Shown: positions 41,239 to 52,895 of the stretch, piece after piece
Layout of the letters: each line of letters begins with the position of its first letter
How positions within the stretch are numbered: the stretch's first letter is position 1
Assembly: GCA_907165135.1 (NCBI GenBank)
Contig: OU015568.1
Coordinates: 15,387,208-15,451,207 of the forward strand
Direction: 5' to 3'
Length of the DNA stretch: 64,000 bases
Source of the DNA: Oikopleura dioica
Lineage: Eukaryota; Animalia; Chordata
Made by a program: the position numbers and the translations under genes
Notes under the pieces: generated by a model
The model's input: only the letters and a program-made list of their open reading frames with translations
What the model was told of the DNA's origin: nothing
Database searches by the model: none

Positions 41239-41909
41239 ATGTTTTGGGGACCGAGAGAAGTCATTTATACTAATTTTGTAAGTTTGATAGCTTTATAACT
41301 TTGTTAATTCTCATTTAGGGGTTCACAGAAAAGTTCTTACTAGTAGGAACTATTTGCTGTGCTTTATATTTGTTCGAAATGTACCGAGAAGACAGAAAAA
41401 TGTTCGAAGATCGAGTAAAGTTGGATATTCAAGCAATATCTCGTCAAAGGATGTCTTATCCACATCGGATGTCAGAAGACATAACCGCTAGCATTAAAAC
41501 ACAGCATCAACTAAAGACGATGGAAAAAAAGCTCAACTCTATTTCGGCACCTCTTCGAAATGATCATGATGCGATTAATCAGAAAATAAGTGAAGTGCGA
41601 AATGTTGTACTAAATAATCATCATATGATTAATTTGATGGAACATGAGCATCATAAAACGAAAACACAATTAGAAACTATTGAAAGAAAGCTTCAATCTT
41701 TGTCTGATGCTACTAGAAACCAGGGTGAAACTGAGGAGTCCTCCTGCAAAATTTGCTTCGAGCCATTTGATACAGATCTTCATCATCTATCCTGCATCAA
41801 CAAATGCTACCATACATTTTGCATTTCTTGTCTGAGAACTATTGATCCAAAACAATGTCCTGTCTGCAGAAAACAATTCAAAAATTGTCACATTAAAAAG
41901 CTTTACTAA
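41239..41909 (+). CDS. Membrane-anchored coiled-coil protein with a C-terminal C3HC4 RING finger (putative E3 ligase)
   Basis: MFWGPREVIYTNF | GFTEKFLLVGTICCALYLF (TM) is followed by a heptad-rich region and CKICFEPFDTDLHHLSCINKCYHTFCISCLRTIDPKQCPVCRK. Confidence 0.85.
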
Positions 41910-42047
41910 ACAAAATCATTTGATTTTTGCTCATTTTGTCTTTTTCTATGAAATAATTTTTGTAAGTCAATATTGAAAACACCGTCTTGCATAATCGCAA
42001 GTTCAAAAACGATCAGCAAAAGCGTTTTTCAACACTTCTTTGTCAAA

Positions 42048-43930
42048 ATGAAGCTTTTTGATTTTTCAATAATCGTTTGCGTTTTTGCAAATTCAAGACC
42101 GAATGATTTACCAAGCTCAACAATAAAATGTCAACCCAATGCGACAAGAGACTCATTCACTGCAGGAAAATTTCCTGAAAGCTTCAAGAAACAGATAAAA
42201 GATTTCGAAAATATAAGGATTCTTAAAATTGAATTTCGTAATGTTTTCTATTTTTGCTTATCTTGTGAAAGTGGTCTCTAGCAACTGCTGCGTATCAAAT
42301 CGAGGGCGCCTGGGACAAAGATGGCAAGGGCAAAAACATTTGGGATGTGTTCACTCAAACGCCTGGAAATGTGTGGAACAACGAAACGGGAAACGAGGCT
42401 TGTAAATCGTACCAAAATATGGAGCGCCATATTTCAAATTTGAAACAACTCGGCGCCAAAGAATACCGCTTTTCGATTTCTTGGGCTCGTTTGTGCCCAA
42501 CTGGCAAATGTGCTGACGCAAAAGATCATGAAAAACGAGGAATCGATCACTACCACAGCTTTCTCGATCTTCTTCATGCAGCTGGAATCGAGCCATTTGT
42601 GACGCTCTTCCACTGGGATCTTCCGCAAGCTCTTCAAGATGAATACAACGGTTGGGAAAGTGCGAAAATTGTGGATGACTTCGCAGATTATGTCCGCCTT
42701 GTTTTTCGAGAATACGGCGACAGGGTCAAGAATTGGATCACACTGAACGAAGCCGAGGTCATTTGCGACTTTGGATATGGCACTGGCGTTAATGCTCCTG
42801 GAACAAAGGGGTTGAAGTCGCAGTTTGATTGTCGACATCATACTGTTCTTGCTCATGCCAAGTAAAAAAAACTAATCAAAATTGCGATGTTTTTCCTTTA
42901 GGGCGTATCATATTTACGACAAAGAATTTCGAGCGCAGCAAAAAGGCAGTATCGGTATCACCATGAATTCAGATTGGTATGAACCGCTAAATAATTCGAA
43001 GGAAAATAAAGATGCTGCTCAACGATTCATCGATTTTCAGGCAAGCAAACAAAATTTGACTCTCATTAACTGTTGCTAGCTTGGTTTCTGGGCGGATCCA
43101 ATCTACCTGACCGGCGATTATCCCGAATCTATATTGAAACGATACAACGATTCGATTCTCCAGCGCTTTACTGATGAGCAAAAACAACAAAACAAAGGAT
43201 CCGCCGACTTCTTCGGACTCAACACATACACGACTCAACTGGTTACTGACGGAGACAAGGACGGAAGTAGGTTAAAATTGACGAGTTCGAAAATTAATAT
43301 TCTCTTGAGAAAATAAAGGAGTCGATTGGACCGGCCATACTTGTCCTCAGTGGCCTCAAGCTGGGTCCGAATGGCTTTTTTCCGTTCCATGGGGTTTCAG
43401 ACGGCTACTCAAGTACATCGATAACCGATACGACTCCACGGCTGTACCAATCTTTGTCACTGAAAATGGAATTTCATCAACTGGGAACGGCACCGATTCG
43501 AAGCCAGAACTCAATGATCAGTGGAGAATCGACCACTTTACTAGCTATATCGGTAAATAACTCGCATTATGTCGAGGCAGCTATATTCTTTCAGGACAAA
43601 TGAGGCGAGCAATCGAGGAAGACGGAGCTAACGTCCAAGTTTACACGGCCTGGTCTTTGATGGACAATTTTGAATGGTCAGATGGCTACAGGGATCGTTT
43701 CGGTCTGATCTGGACGGACTTTTCTAGCGAAAACAGAACGACTCTTTTCAAGCAATCTGCGCGGTTTTACTCTGATCTTATTCAGGTTTTTCTTTAAAAA
43801 TAATCCACTTAACTTATTTCAGACAAATAATCTGAAATGCGCGAAAGGAACAAATACCTGTAATTCAGCTGCTGTCAGTTCTTCTTATATCTCGACTTTT
43901 TTATTGATGATCTTCAATATCTTTTATTGA
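42048..43930 (+). CDS. Glycoside hydrolase family 1 beta-glucosidase (lactase-like), secreted, with a putative GPI-anchor signal
   Basis: Signal peptide [14 protein letters not shown]; motifs [43 protein letters not shown] (acid/base Glu), FVTENG (nucleophile Glu) and [14 protein letters not shown]; hydrophobic tail [22 protein letters not shown]; short introns. Confidence 0.95.
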
Positions 43931-45678
43931 AAATATTCAATTCTTTTCTTTCTTCAATTTTATGCGGAAAATCAAGCAATGTAAAGAGCAGTTTCTTTCA
44001 TGAAATTAATCATTTGATCGGAACATACAGAAGCTGATTTTTAGAAGCGCTCTTTTGACACCAAAACATATTTTTAAAGCGCGCGCTGAATCAAAGTTGG
44101 ATTGATCCCGTGCCTTGCTAATGCGCATACCGAGAAGTTCTAATGTAATTTTAAAAGTGAAATGTTTACGATAATTGCGCCAGGATTAAAGCAACCAGAT
44201 GGCTAAATAAAATTCGACTTAGAAGCTGCCCGAGCAGGGTAATCAGTCGGTTTTCCGTATTTTGGATTTTTGTTGAATTAAAAAAGAAAAAGCGATTTTT
44301 AGAAATCCTTATGAAGCAGATTTCGTGACCAATTTTGAAATGATCCTTTCCGCTTTAGAATGCTGCCGCCAGAATTGATCTACTAAGTGTTATCTCCTTA
44401 CCTTTGCTCAAAGCACGAATGATCAATTAAGGAGGGTACGCAGAGTCGACGAAGTGTTGCGGGAAAATTGTTGCCAATTTTCTTGCTGGAAATGTTATTT
44501 TTGCATATAACGATTTTACCCGGAAAACCACGCATTTTCAACTATCAAAATTCGTCCTGAAAATTAACTGGCATTTCAGAACATGATCTTACCCGCTTTG
44601 ACATTTGCTAAACAAATTAAATAGAAAAAAATAAAGTGCTCGAAATACAGCTGTTTATCGTTTGTTACTTTGAGTTTGTAAGTTGTCTTATTTTCGAGAC
44701 AAAAAGTGAGTGAAGCTTTTGCTTTGAAAACAAATCATGTTTGATTTTTGAACGTGCGGGGCTAATCCTCTTTGAAAATATTATAAATGCAACCACTGAA
44801 ATCGAATCGAAGCTGGTTTATCTCGGCTTTTGCCTCGTGTCAAAGATTAACATTTACTTTATCGATGATAATACACAACATTGTTCATTTTCCAGCTTCA
44901 AAAATGCATCTTTGCGAAAAGAATATATTTTATACTTTTCTTCGAAAAATCAAGTCGACTCATCATCTTCATAAAAATTGCATAATGCGTCGTAGCAGCC
45001 CTTGAAAACGTTCGCACCTGTTTGATATTACGTGCGAAGTCTCCGGATAATCTTCTTCATTATGAATCAATTGCGTGTAATTATATGTATATAAACGGCG
45101 GCTGGCAATCTCAAGACGTGCAAGGGGTCGAAGATTAAATAAGCAATTTGATTGCGTTCTTTTTTTTTATTTTGATTCTCGTAACACAGATGGTAGTTTA
45201 AAATTAAATTTGACTTTTGAAAAGACACGTTTTTTGACACATCAGGCGTTTAATTTGATTCTTATACTGACGGGGATAAAAGGGTTGACTTTAAATGACC
45301 TTTTTTGACCAATCAAAATTGAAATAATTGTCCTTGAAGTCATTAAAATTGCGCAACAAGGCGGAGCCCTATCTGACGGCTAAAGTTAGTCTGGAACCTT
45401 ATCAGTATTTGTCTTATCGTTCGTTTGGGAAATACGAAAAATAGAAAAGGAGGACCTCAGAACATATTAGCCCCCTAATTATCGTTTTATCAAGCAGCTG
45501 GAAAGAAGCTCATTCTCCATACTTTTCAGCCCCTTTCTTCTAAAATCATTATCCGAACAGGAGCGATCAGAAACTGCTCGTCTACGGAGAAGAGTGAGTG
45601 ATTCTACGAAACTACCGTATTTGCATCGGAAGTGCATGGCGAATACCCCGCTCCCTCAATATATAAAACGGAAAAGAT

Positions 45679-46085
45679 GGGGCGCACTGACTATGTCGTC
45701 GAATGTCGTCGAATGTCGTCATTTTTCTAAAATTCAAAAAATAAAAGAAAAACTCTACTTTTGAAAACAAAGTGTTCTAGAGATTGCAACTAGCCAAACA
45801 GTCGGTTGTCTTAGCAAGAGCGAGAGTTGGGCCCCGCCAACCCAATGAGTTCTCTACCAGAGAATGCGCGCGTAAGGGCCTCTGGCCCGTCGCGTGCTTA
45901 TCAAATTTATGACTTTTTGCTCATTTTTGACGTTTTTAGGGCTCCTGGCAGAGTATCGAATATGTAACACATTTCGATGATTATTTTCTAGAACATACTT
46001 GTTTTTGAAATTTCGTTTTTTTTTTCGCAAGAAACGACGACATTCGACGACATTCGACGACATTCGACGATAGTCAGTGTCGACC
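45679..46085 (+). mobile_element. 407-bp non-autonomous TIR element, copy A
   Basis: TIRs GGGGCGCACTGACTATGTCGTCGAATG and its imperfect inverse ending ...TAGTCAGTGTCGACC, with subterminal (GTCGTCGAAT)n repeats. Nearly identical to 54774-55801. Flanked by GAAAAGAT (left) and AAATAATC (right). Confidence 0.9.
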
Positions 46086-46142
46086 AAATAATCAGACTCT
46101 GCTTACCCGAATCTATTCCCATTTCAGCTTATTTAAAAGATC

Positions 46143-48457
46143 ATGGTAAGGTCATCTTTGCTATTTTTCTTTTATGGGCCCTTAGAAACTATCAACCGCA
46201 ATCCTGACAAGCGTAGCAGCAAGCAGAGTTCGAAATCTGGTAGAAAATCCGTGCTCCCGCTCCCTCCCTGCTCCCTCGACCTGAAAAAAGGGAGCTCCCT
46301 CGTAAAAAACCCGTGCTCCTGCTCCCATTTTTCAAATTTCAAAAATTTTCGAAAGTTTTTCATTTTATTAAGTAAACTCTAAGTAGCAACACCATCGTTG
46401 TATGGTTATTATATAGCGCTGATAAAGAAAGTATAAATAGGCATAATGGCAAATAGGCGAATTTCGTGAATGACTTCAATGTTTTCTTATTAAAATTATA
46501 TAACCAAATCTAGGTCAATTTTAGGCTATTTATTTATATCAAATTTCAGAAGAGACATTTAAAAAATAAATCGAATCAAAAAACGTCTCTTCTAATAAAA
46601 ATCTGAGCAAACACGGTATCTAAATTAATAATTTTGCTTATAATCTGAGAAAAATACATTTTGTTGAAATTATTAAAGTCAAACTAGATGTGATTTTGGC
46701 TAAATATTTATATGAAATTTTAAAAGAGACGTTTATAAATATATCTAGTCAAAAAAACGTCTCTTCTAAGAAAAATACTATAAAGTAAGCGTTTCTCATT
46801 TTTCGGTGCGCAGATAAGATTCTAGACTAAAAATTGTTGATTTTCAAAAAATTTTTTGAAATTGGGAGCAAATTGGGAGCTCCCAATTTACTCCCAACCC
46901 TGGAAACCTGTGCTCCTGCTCCCTCCGTGCTCCCAAAAAAGGGAGCTCCCTTTGGGAGCTCCCAATTTTACTCCCATAGATTTCGGACTCTGGCGACAAG
47001 CCCTTTTCTGGCTGAAAGTCAAGAAGCAAATGCATTTTTGAGCAGAACTCGAGGAGGGGTTTATCGAAGAACTCAAAGACGGTAATTGGGAGCGAGAGTG
47101 CATTGAGGAGGACTGTAACGCAAATGAGGCGTATGAGGTTGTTGATGATGAGGAACAAGGCGAATGATTGTTCGATTTGGTAAATGACTGTAAAGAAAAA
47201 CATAATACAAGGGAGAGTCAAAGCAACTGTGTTGAAAGTGGGATGCCTGCTGTAACTAGAGGCTCTAGTTACTAGAGCTACTGGCTTTCAAACCCCAGTT
47301 AACTGTGGTTCCGATTATTTCAGGCCTGGTGCAGAATGGCCTCTTCAAAATAATCTTGTCGGGGCTCAAAGTGGTACGACAGTCAGAAAATGTGTTTTAT
47401 TTGCTATTTGGATGTTGGAATTAAATATTTTTCTTCCTTTTTAAAACAAGAGACAAGACTCTGTCAAAATAATTTTGGAAAAGATCATTACTTTGCAACC
47501 CTCTTCAACACCGATACCAACCTTCCGGTGTACTCTGCCGTCAAGATTCGGTAAAATTCTCTTCGAAAATTCCTGATCCTAAAATATTAGTCGAGCCAAG
47601 AAAGGTCCAACATATCCGAGACCTGGTAATCCACCAAAGGTGGATGGTGTTTTTAAGTCAATCTGAAGCTACATGTGCGAGGGTCTTTGCGGAACTAACA
47701 CTCCTCCATCTTACACGTCTTTTTATTGCAATCTTGACGAAGTTGAGAGTCCAAATGACTGCGATAAATGGCAACCTCAGGTTCTTTTTTTAAATCTCTT
47801 TGATTCTTATGATAAATACTCAGCACGAAGACTGGGGACATCTCATGCCAAATGCTTTGTTGAACCAAGTCAGAGACGCAGCCAACTCAACCTTCACTCT
47901 CACCAATGTCAGCCCACAACTCGGCGAGTTCAATGAGGGGGCTTGGAATCAGCTTGAATGCATGGTTAGGAAATTCATGGAAGAAGAAATCAACAATGAA
48001 GATTTTGGATCATCGTTGGAACTCACGGGAAAATTCACGTAATGAATGACGAAGAAGACTCTAAGAAGAATAGAATTGATATTCCGGAATTTTACTGGCA
48101 TGCGTTTTGTTACATAGGCATTGGTAAAGAATTATGTCATGCGAGATAACTGTGAATTACGTTGGATAAAGATATCTTTAACCATACTTTACGGGCCCAA
48201 AAACAACAACTATTCATGGGTTTACATGCAAAAGAACGCAAATGACCAAAGACAATCCTCAGGTAGATACGTTCTAACCGGAATTCCTTTCTAAATTTTA
48301 AGGTGATAACTTCATGCCCGTTGAATCCTTCTCCAATACATATTATAACGGAGCGGCCATTTTCGACAGCGTCTGTCAGAAGCCTTCTCGAGGTTTTGGC
48401 AACTGGAATAAGGTCATCACTGATTGGTCTGGCCTCAGACGTCGATGGAACTGCTAG
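46143..48457 (+). pseudogene. Gla domain fused to a DNA/RNA non-specific endonuclease (Endonuclease_NS / ENDOD1-like); disrupted
   Basis: ATG|GTAAG at 46143 (assignment as exon 1 is inferred). Propeptide and Gla: SPFLAESQEANAFLSRTR..FIEELKDGNWERECIEEDCNANEAYE. Nuclease motifs: LCQ, YFATLFNTDTNLPVYSAVKI, DWGHLMPN, STFTLTNVSPQLGEFNEGAWNQLECMVRKF, IDIPEFYWHAFC, IFDSVCQ. Lesions: +G at 47056-59, TGA at 47165, a 16-bp insertion at 47262-77, an extra base at about 47320, and -T at 48003-06. Confidence 0.75.
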
Positions 48458-48528
48458 ATGATTAGACCGTGCAATAAAACAGCTCAAAGCAATATCTTCT
48501 TAATTTTTTTTCTGGAAACTGATCTTAA

Positions 48529-49084
48529 GGGATCCCCCCCACCCCCGATTTCGTCAACTTTGACTTCGAACTACTTTTTTTAGGGCTGAGCTTTTTACCA
48601 GTATGAATGCTCATTTTGAAGCCCGTTTCTTAATGAACAAACTCTTGTATAGAAATTTATTTTCGTAAGGGGAAACATCTTGAAAAAACGGGCTGAAAAC
48701 ATTGATACTCGCGAAAAACACCATTTTGGGCCATTTTCAAAATCGAACTAGTTTTTTCTGCTCTTAGATAGAGCCCTAAATCAATAAAAACTGTCTTCCT
48801 CCATCCCTGATCTACAATCTCTTGTACAGGCATGTGATTCCGTCAAGGATTGTAGAATTTTTGATTTTTACTGATTGATTTACTGGTTAGATATTTTATT
48901 AAATCAATTTTTTCTAAGTAAAATTTTTCGTTAAAATAAGCCATTTTCAAAGCTGTGTCACGGCTTACCACGTGACGGACTCCCTTCGACATAATATATG
49001 AAAATGATCGCCATACAACGGAGATTCCAAAAATATATCACATAAAAGCTCTCGATGATATTATTTAAATCGGGAGGGTATCCC
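48529..49084. mobile_element. TTAA-flanked MITE (Kolobok-like termini)
   Basis: TTAA|GGGATCCCCCCC at the left end and GGGAGGGTATCCC|TTAA at the right end. Confidence 0.65.
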
Positions 49085-49422
49085 TTAAGGAAGTACAGTG
49101 GTGTGTTCAGTTGCTTCACCCCTGACCCGCACTTTTTCTATTGTAGCAAAAGTGAGTGCTGCGTTTCTGCACCTTTTACCCGCTGTCTAGGGGTGCAGCA
49201 ACTCCACACACCACTGTAGGACTAGGATTTGACAATGATGGAATATTAAGAGTTAGGGTGATCTATCTACTGTTCTTTCACTTACATAAAACAAATAATC
49301 AGAGCTTTTTCCTTTTCGGTCAATATTTTGCATCACGAATTCTTTTTCAACGACCAAATAAATTTAATAAATTCTTTAATTCTTTGATTATGGATGATAA
49401 TTTATGAATATAAATGCACATT

Positions 49423-51693
49423 TTAGTCAAGAGCATCTTCGGACAGAGCTAAAGAGATTTCTATAGAAAAGGCTTCGGGGAAAAGATACCATCTTCCAAT
49501 TTTCATGTTTCCGAATTCTTCGTTGACAATTTCCATTGAATATCCATCACCAACAAGAACCGCGGAGCCGTTTTCTTCGAGATTCTCGAAAAATGCTCCG
49601 CCGTAGATGTAATAAGGGTCGGAGACGGGAATTTTGACAACGGGAGCTTCTAGGGGCAGCTCTGATTGAAGAGAAAATTGAGTGTTTTGGAGAATGAAGT
49701 TTCCAGACTCAATGCGGTCGATTGTCATTTGATGGAAAAAGGGTTCCGACTCTTCATCGAATAAGTAGACCCCGGTGACTGTGAGCGGACGGGAGAAAGT
49801 AAACAACGGATGAAGAATAACTATGAGAGATTTTATGAATAAATGATATTTGAGATTATTACCTTTTCTGTAAATGCAGCTCGAGACAATTGGACGTTTT
49901 TCTCGTTCTTTCCCAAGACGTCTGATAATTTCCCAGCCGCTTTCCATTAAATATGTTTGATGACACAGTCGCTGCAGAAGAACTTCGACTTGATTCGTTT
50001 GTTTTTCTTGTTCATCCTTTGTAGGATTCAAATTCAATCCAGACATACTTCTAGGATAAACGATCATCGTCAATGTCGAGAGAATATTTTCGAAAGAGTA
50101 CTGTCTGTAAAACCAATCATCAAAATCAAGGTCTTTCTTGATCGCGTGCCGAAGAAGCGTCGTCACAGATATCGGAACGCAAAGATCACTGCTTTTTTGG
50201 TCAAGAATATTTTTGGTCAAATTTTCCATGTTTAAATTGACGCATTTTGTTATGTTTTCTTTAAGACTTGACATGTTGCAGGATTGGGTCAGATTCGGAT
50301 CGTCTAAGCAAAATGAGGAGTCAGCTTCGTCCAGACAGATGATTTTTGTAATTTCATCAAGAATTAAAAGATTTTTGCTCTCGTGAATGAGATCAGCATT
50401 ACAGCGCTGAAATTTGAAAAAAATAATATCGTTTTTTTTTTCTTACTTTGACAATTTCGTCAATCTTTTTTCTTTCTTCCTCCAAAATTGGCTTATAAAG
50501 AAGCGTCCAAGAAGTTCTCCAATTACAAAACAGAAAATACCAAATATTGTTTGTTCTATAACCATTTCCGTTCGCCAGCTGTAATTGAAAAGTGAATGCA
50601 GGCGAGCCAGCGACTAAATAGTGCTCATTTTAGAGTTTTAAAAAATCACTTACAAAGTATGCTATTTGCATATTTGGACCCTCTTCTGGTGTAGCCCATT
50701 TGTCTGTAGCCTTCTATTCCTGATGTTTCGTTGACCAGGCCAAAATCAATGATTTTTGGGATTCCATCGAGAAGCATAACGTTTGCCATTTTTAAATCTA
50801 AGTGAGTTATTCCGACATCCAACAAATAATTAAATCCCTTTAGAAGGCCCCATCCAATTTTTTTTCTTTGCTCAAGATCAAGTTGATCTTCTTTCAGCAG
50901 GAATCTCAAATCTGTATCTGCCTTTTCCATGATTGTTATCCACCCAGTGCATTCCTCCATTTTTGAGTCCTTTTTATTGAATAACTCGATATTTGCAAAA
51001 TGTTTGATAACGTTTTTATGAAATGGCATCTGATTTTGGTTTTCTGTTTCTTCTTTATTTTCCGCGTGTTCGAAATCTAAGACTGAATAGAAGCCCAAAA
51101 ATCAAAAAGAACAAACCTTCGGCAATGTTTATTTTCCACATAATTGAGTCCAAACCCAAATTATCCGTAAACAGAAAAGGGTCAAAAACTTGAACCCGAA
51201 CCGCAGTTTCTAAACATCCGATCTTATCTCCAAAAACAATCGCCTCTCCTCCCATTGAAATCAATTTAGTTTTCAAAGAACTTCTAAGTTCCCACTCACC
51301 AGTTTCTTCTTTAATATCCCATCGACTGATAAATTTGTTTTTGAGAGACGTATCATTTTCCAAAATCATTTTTTGAGCTGCAGTTATTTTAAAACTTTCT
51401 ATTTTCGTTCTATCTCGGTGATAGATATATCCTCGATCTTCCTCAAAAAGACAAAATTCCCAATGATACGCACTGTTAAATTTCTCGAAGACCATTTTTT
51501 CGATTGTCGAAATCAATCGACACTTCTCCGTCAGCGTCGATGTTCTCTTTAATTGCGGCAAGAAAGAACCAAGCCATGTCTCAATCTCTTTTTTTTCAAG
51601 GTTTTCTTCTTTCAAATCGGCGGAATTGTCGATAAAAAGCCATTTTAAAAGCCAGACGCAAAAGAACGCCGAAAAAAAAATTTCCTCGAGCAT
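49423..51693 (-). CDS. Atypical protein kinase-like domain fused to a C-terminal papain-like (clan CA) cysteine protease domain; intact 5-exon gene, about 702 aa
   Basis: Exons 51693-51117, 51076-50654, 50613-50447, 50406-49863 and 49820-49423 are joined by GT-AG introns of 40, 40, 40 and 42 bp into one open 2109-nt frame. Kinase motifs: SMGGEAIV, TAVRV, HLDLKMANVML, IIDFG. Protease motifs: DQKSSDLCVPIS (Q to C+6) and FHQMTIDRIESGNFILQN (H to N+16). The start codon is uncertain. Confidence 0.85.
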
Positions 51694-51949
51694 TGCTACT
51701 CTATTTCTTCAAATTAAGGAGCTCCTTATTTTTGCAGATGTTATACACGAAAAACTAGTAGCCGTTGCTTAGCATTCCCTTTTTCTTCGAAAAATGCTTA
51801 TTTCTATGGTCCTATTTGTTTTGTGATATTTGCAAGTGTTATAAAAAATCGATAGGAGTCAAACGAAAGGGGGTGTGTTACAGTTATTAACCATAGTTTG
51901 AATATTTCTTACCGCTTTAACTAGCTTAAACGTTTCTAAATAGTTTCTT

Positions 51950-52090
51950 CATGCAAGCTTCATGTCCGGAATAAGGTCATGAATGATTGGGCTGGCTACA
52001 GATGTACATGAAGATGCTAGAAATTTACAAAAGTTTCGTTCAATAAAACGGCTCAATTGATTGACAATATCTTTAAATTTTTCCCGAAAT
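51950..52090 (+). pseudogene. Remnant of the last exon and 3' UTR of a nuclease paralog
   Basis: GGAATAAGGTCATGAATGATTGGGCTGGCTACAGA...GCTAG...CAATAAAACGGCTCAA resembles 48405-48500. Confidence 0.5.
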
Positions 52091-52234
52091 ATTTCTTACA
52101 GATTAATGGTAACATGAAAATAATATTCAGGTTGTCAATAAGGAGTTCTACTGAACTACCACTCAGACAAAACAAATAATCAGAGCTCGGTCCTCTTACA
52201 GATCAATCATTTCAGAGCCTTTTAACTAGAGATC

Positions 52235-52895
52235 AGTACTGAGAGAGGCAATTTTCTGTCAGTTAGATTTTCTGGCAGTTAGACTTTCTGGCAAAGGCGA
52301 AGAGAGTTATCACTAAAATACTATTTTTGGCGAAAATGGTACTAGAAATTAGGAACGTGCAGCAACAACAAAATTTTAGTAAAAAGCACTGTTCTTAGTG
52401 ATAACTCTCTTCAGAGTATTCATACAACCTTCATTTTTTACCCTGCAGGAGAACTGACTATAAGAAACAATTTCCGGCGTCAAACATTAGTCTATCACTT
52501 CTAGAACGAAAACGGCCGGTGACAACGTATTTTCCGGTAACCAGCCGGTAAACCGGTCAATCCTACGAGTTATCAGGAGTTAGACCCATCGTTCGACTCG
52601 TCTTGACGAGCTTAAGAAAACTGCACTTGCAGTTTTTTTACGATTTCCGGCCCCTCAAATAGTTTTTTGAAATCATCCTCAGAAGAATCAGAAGATGAAT
52701 TCCGATCTTTTCTTCTCTCCGTTTTTTACCTTCCAGAATCAATAACTGTATATTCAAAATTAAAAGAGGCGATTTTCTGGAAATTAGATTTTCTGTCATA
52801 TTTGATTTTCTGGCAGTGCCAGAAAATCGCCTTTGCCAGAAAGTCTAACTGCCAGAAAATCTAACTGCCAGAAAATCGCCTCTCTCATCAGTACT
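52235..52895. mobile_element. TIR element with about 65-bp TIRs built from TTTTCTGGCAGTTAG repeats
   Basis: AGTACTGAGAGAGGCAATTTTCTGTCAGTTAG... and ...CTAACTGCCAGAAAATCGCCTCTCTCATCAGTACT. A TA target duplication is plausible. Confidence 0.8.

Noticed and set aside
45686-45700. CACTA-type terminus (CACTG)
   Set aside because: Both copies share 6 further bases outside CACTG and have 8-bp TSDs, so the real termini are GG, not CACTG.
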